A DNA stretch of 20,000 bases, from IMG/VR virus record IMGVR_UViG_3300000929_000007. One strand, given 5' to 3'. Shown here in pieces: positions 17,837 to 20,000 of the stretch. Numbering within the stretch: position 1 is the stretch's first letter; each line of letters starts with the position of its first letter. Source of the stretch: an uncultured virus (IMG/VR IMGVR_UViG_3300000929_000007). Lineage: Duplodnaviria > Heunggongvirae > Uroviricota > Caudoviricetes. A model generated the notes under the pieces. The model was given only the letters and a program-made list of their open reading frames with translations, did no database searches and was not told the DNA's origin. A program made the translations under genes and the position numbers.

Positions 17837-18280
17837 ATGAAAGTTGGTTTTACCGCCTCCACCTTTGATTTATTACACGCTGGCCACATATCAATGTTAC
17901 GCGAAGCGAAAACACAATGTGATTACCTCATTTGTGCTATACAAGTAGACCCCTCCAAAGACAGAGAAAATAAAAACTCTCCTGTACAAACATTAGTCGA
18001 AAGACACACACAACTCTCCGCAGTTAAGTACGTTGACGAAATCATTCCCTATCAGACAGAAACAGACCTAGAAGACATTCTCAAGATGGTTGATATTGAT
18101 GTACGAATTATCGGTAGTGAGTATAAAGACAAGACCTTCACTGGACGTGCGACTTGTGCCGCACGGGGTATAGAGATATACTTTAATAGGAGAGACCATC
18201 GTTTCTCCACTAGTGACCTACGTAAACGAGTCGCTATGAAAGACCCATTGATTGGTATGAAAGATGGTATTAACCCTTGA
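17837..18280 (+). CDS. tagD: Cytidylyltransferase, glycerol-3-phosphate cytidylyltransferase (TagD)-like
   Basis: FTASTFDLLHAGH (HxGH), KYVDEIIPY, IGSEY, RDHRFSTSDLRKR; the substrate is not established. Confidence 0.82.
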   Translation: MKVGFTASTFDLLHAGHISMLREAKTQCDYLICAIQVDPSKDRENKNSPVQTLVERHTQLSAVKYVDEIIPYQTETDLEDILKMVDIDVRIIGSEYKDKTFTGRATCAARGIEIYFNRRDHRFSTSDLRKRVAMKDPLIGMKDGINP

Positions 18281-18305
18281 CACCCTGCCGGGTCTCGTGT
18301 ATAAT
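18277..18305 (+). promoter_or_regulatory. Sigma70-type promoter for gp55
   Basis: TTGACA-N17-TATAAT perfect consensus. Confidence 0.9.
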
Positions 18306-18332
18306 ACGTGTATTGTTAATAGGAATATATGA

Positions 18333-18938
18333 ATGAAACCAAAAGAAAAACCACATTACGTCAATAACAGAGAGTTCTCTGAGTCTGTAGTAGATTATTG
18401 TACGCAAGTAAAATATGCCAAGGATAAGGGTGAATCTATTCCGGTGGTCACTGATTACATTGCTAAATGTTTCCTACGCATATCAGAAGGTCTATCACAC
18501 AAAGCAAACTTTGTCCGTTACACTTACCGTGAAGAAATGGTAATGGATGCGGTAGAGAACTGTCTTAAAGCAATTGAAAACTATGATATTGAAGCTGCCA
18601 CTCGTTCTGGTAAACCGAACGCGTTCGCATACTTCACTCAGATATCTTGGTATGCGTTTCTACGACGAATCCAAAAAGAGAAGAAGCAACAAGATATTAA
18701 GATGAAGTTCATATCCGAAGCGGGTATAGACCAATTCGTTGATAGCAATAACAATGATTCTTACAATGGTGGTTCCGTCATGGATTCCCCATCCACTTTA
18801 GTCGACACTCTGCGCCTGCGTATTGACACCGTCAAATCTGCGGATCAAGAGTTTAAGATTTACGCAAAAGAAGAAAAGAAAATGCGTAAACGACGTGCGG
18901 TACATGTTGACTCAGACCTCTCAGATTTCTTTGATTAA
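18333..18938 (+). CDS. gp55: Late-transcription sigma factor gp55
   Basis: HYVNNREF, IAKCFLRISEGLSHKANFVRYTYREEMVMDAVENC, NAFAYFTQISWYAFLRRIQKEKKQ. Confidence 0.96.
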   Translation: MKPKEKPHYVNNREFSESVVDYCTQVKYAKDKGESIPVVTDYIAKCFLRISEGLSHKANFVRYTYREEMVMDAVENCLKAIENYDIEAATRSGKPNAFAYFTQISWYAFLRRIQKEKKQQDIKMKFISEAGIDQFVDSNNNDSYNGGSVMDSPSTLVDTLRLRIDTVKSADQEFKIYAKEEKKMRKRRAVHVDSDLSDFFD

Positions 18939-18943
18939 AGTAC

Positions 18944-18972
18944 TTGACAGTACGCGGTCAATCTGATATAAT
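18944..18972 (+). promoter_or_regulatory. Sigma70-type promoter for gp47
   Basis: TTGACA-N17-TATAAT with extended -10 TG. Confidence 0.9.
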
Positions 18973-19059
18973 GGCTTCTAGATTACACACATGTCACATG
19001 AGTGTGTCTTATATTGTACAATGTATATTTAATGAAACATATTTGAGAGGTTATTAGAA

Positions 19060-20000
19060 TTGTTAATCGCAATACTGAATGATACACACTGTGGTGTCAG
19101 GAATTCTTCGGACATCTTTATGGAGTATCAGGAAAGATTCTACTCGGATGTATTTTTCCCATACTTACAAGAACACGGCATCTCCCAGATTCTCCATTTG
19201 GGAGATTACTATGATAACCGTAAAACTATCAACATCAAAGCTCTGAATCATAATAGACGCATCTTCCTTGATCGATTGCGGGAACTTGGTATCACTATGG
19301 ATATCATCCCAGGCAACCATGATACTTATTTTAAAAACACCAATCGTCTCAATTCGTTGAAGGAGTTGATGGGTCACTATATGAATGAGATTAATATAGT
19401 TGAAGAACCTATTGACATGAAGTACGGTGATACAACTATCGCGCTTGTCCCTTGGATTAATCCTGAGAATGAGAAAAATATACTTAAATTCCTTGCGAAC
19501 ACTAAGTCTAGTATTTGCGGTGGTCACTTCGAGTTGGCTGGGTTTGAGATGGATAAGGGTCTTATGTGTCAGCATGGTATGAATCCTGCTCCACTACAAC
19601 GCTTTGACTTAGTAATGTCAGGTCACTTTCATACCAAGTCTAACAACGGGCATATCCATTACTTGGGTGCTCAGATGGAATTCTTCTGGAATGATGCGCA
19701 TGACCCCAAATACTTCCATATATTTGATACTGATACTGGTAAGTTAACTCCTGTACAGAACCCCATGACACTATACCACAAGTTACATTATAATGAGGAC
19801 ACAGTAAATCACTTCGAAGATTTGTCTTACCTCGATAATAAGTTTGTGAAAGTGATGGTGGCAAATCGTACTGACATGAAAAAGTTCGAACGATTCATCG
19901 ACCGCATCAACAACCAAAAGATTTATGAGTTGAAGATTGCTGAAGACTTCAAAGAATTCCGTGGAGAAAACGTCGATGATGCTGATATAACTATTGACGA
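19060..20000 (+). CDS. gp47: Recombination endonuclease subunit gp47 (Mre11/SbcD-like), 3'-truncated
   Basis: Absent from the ORF track. TTG start at 19060 after GAGAGG. Translates to (M)LIAILNDTHCGVRNSS..HLGDYYDNRK..IPGNHD..GHFE..SGHFH, the metallophosphoesterase motifs. Open to the window end. Confidence 0.93.
   Translation, partial: MLIAILNDTHCGVRNSSDIFMEYQERFYSDVFFPYLQEHGISQILHLGDYYDNRKTINIKALNHNRRIFLDRLRELGITMDIIPGNHDTYFKNTNRLNSLKELMGHYMNEINIVEEPIDMKYGDTTIALVPWINPENEKNILKFLANTKSSICGGHFELAGFEMDKGLMCQHGMNPAPLQRFDLVMSGHFHTKSNNGHIHYLGAQMEFFWNDAHDPKYFHIFDTDTGKLTPVQNPMTLYHKLHYNEDTVNHFEDLSYLDNKFVKVMVANRTDMKKFERFIDRINNQKIYELKIAEDFKEFRGENVDDADITID

Noticed and set aside
73..19864. Minus-strand and alternate-frame ORFs in the track (e.g. 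73-444, 5473-5859, 8135-8530, 11189-11650, 13683-13952, 19165-19575)
   Set aside because: They are shadows of well-supported + strand phage genes, with no recognisable motifs or ribosome-binding sites.
1..20000. Introns, inteins, homing endonucleases, tRNAs, CRISPR arrays or stop-codon recoding
   Set aside because: Core genes are uninterrupted and of normal length in the standard code, intergenic gaps are short, and no cloverleaf or repeat-spacer pattern was seen.

Overview
This window is the core virion-morphogenesis and recombination region of a T4-like myovirus, with gene order matching marine T4-like phages. All genes are on the + strand. Order: a 5'-truncated fibritin/fibre-like coiled-coil gene, gp13, gp14, gp15, gp16, gp17, gp18, gp19, gp20, a gp67-like core protein, an inserted GT32-like glycosyltransferase, a small gp68-position ORF, gp21, gp22 (spanning a 133-N gap), gp23, a small lipoprotein, gp3, a 2OG-Fe(II)-oxygenase-like gene, uvsY, uvsW, an Sm-like hypothetical, a TagD-like cytidylyltransferase, gp55 and a 3'-truncated gp47. 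Regulatory signals are clear: T4 late promoters (TATAAATA), C(UUCG)G terminators and near-perfect sigma70 promoters. The most unusual elements are (i) a late-promoter lipoprotein cassette after gp23 whose flanks carry clustered GGA/CsrA-type motifs, (ii) a perfect sigma70 promoter pointing antisense into the uvsW operon with no gene behind it, and (iii) modifying enzymes (glycosyltransferase and oxygenase with altered catalytic motifs, plus a cytidylyltransferase) embedded among core genes. All calls come from motif recognition and synteny, with no database searches.
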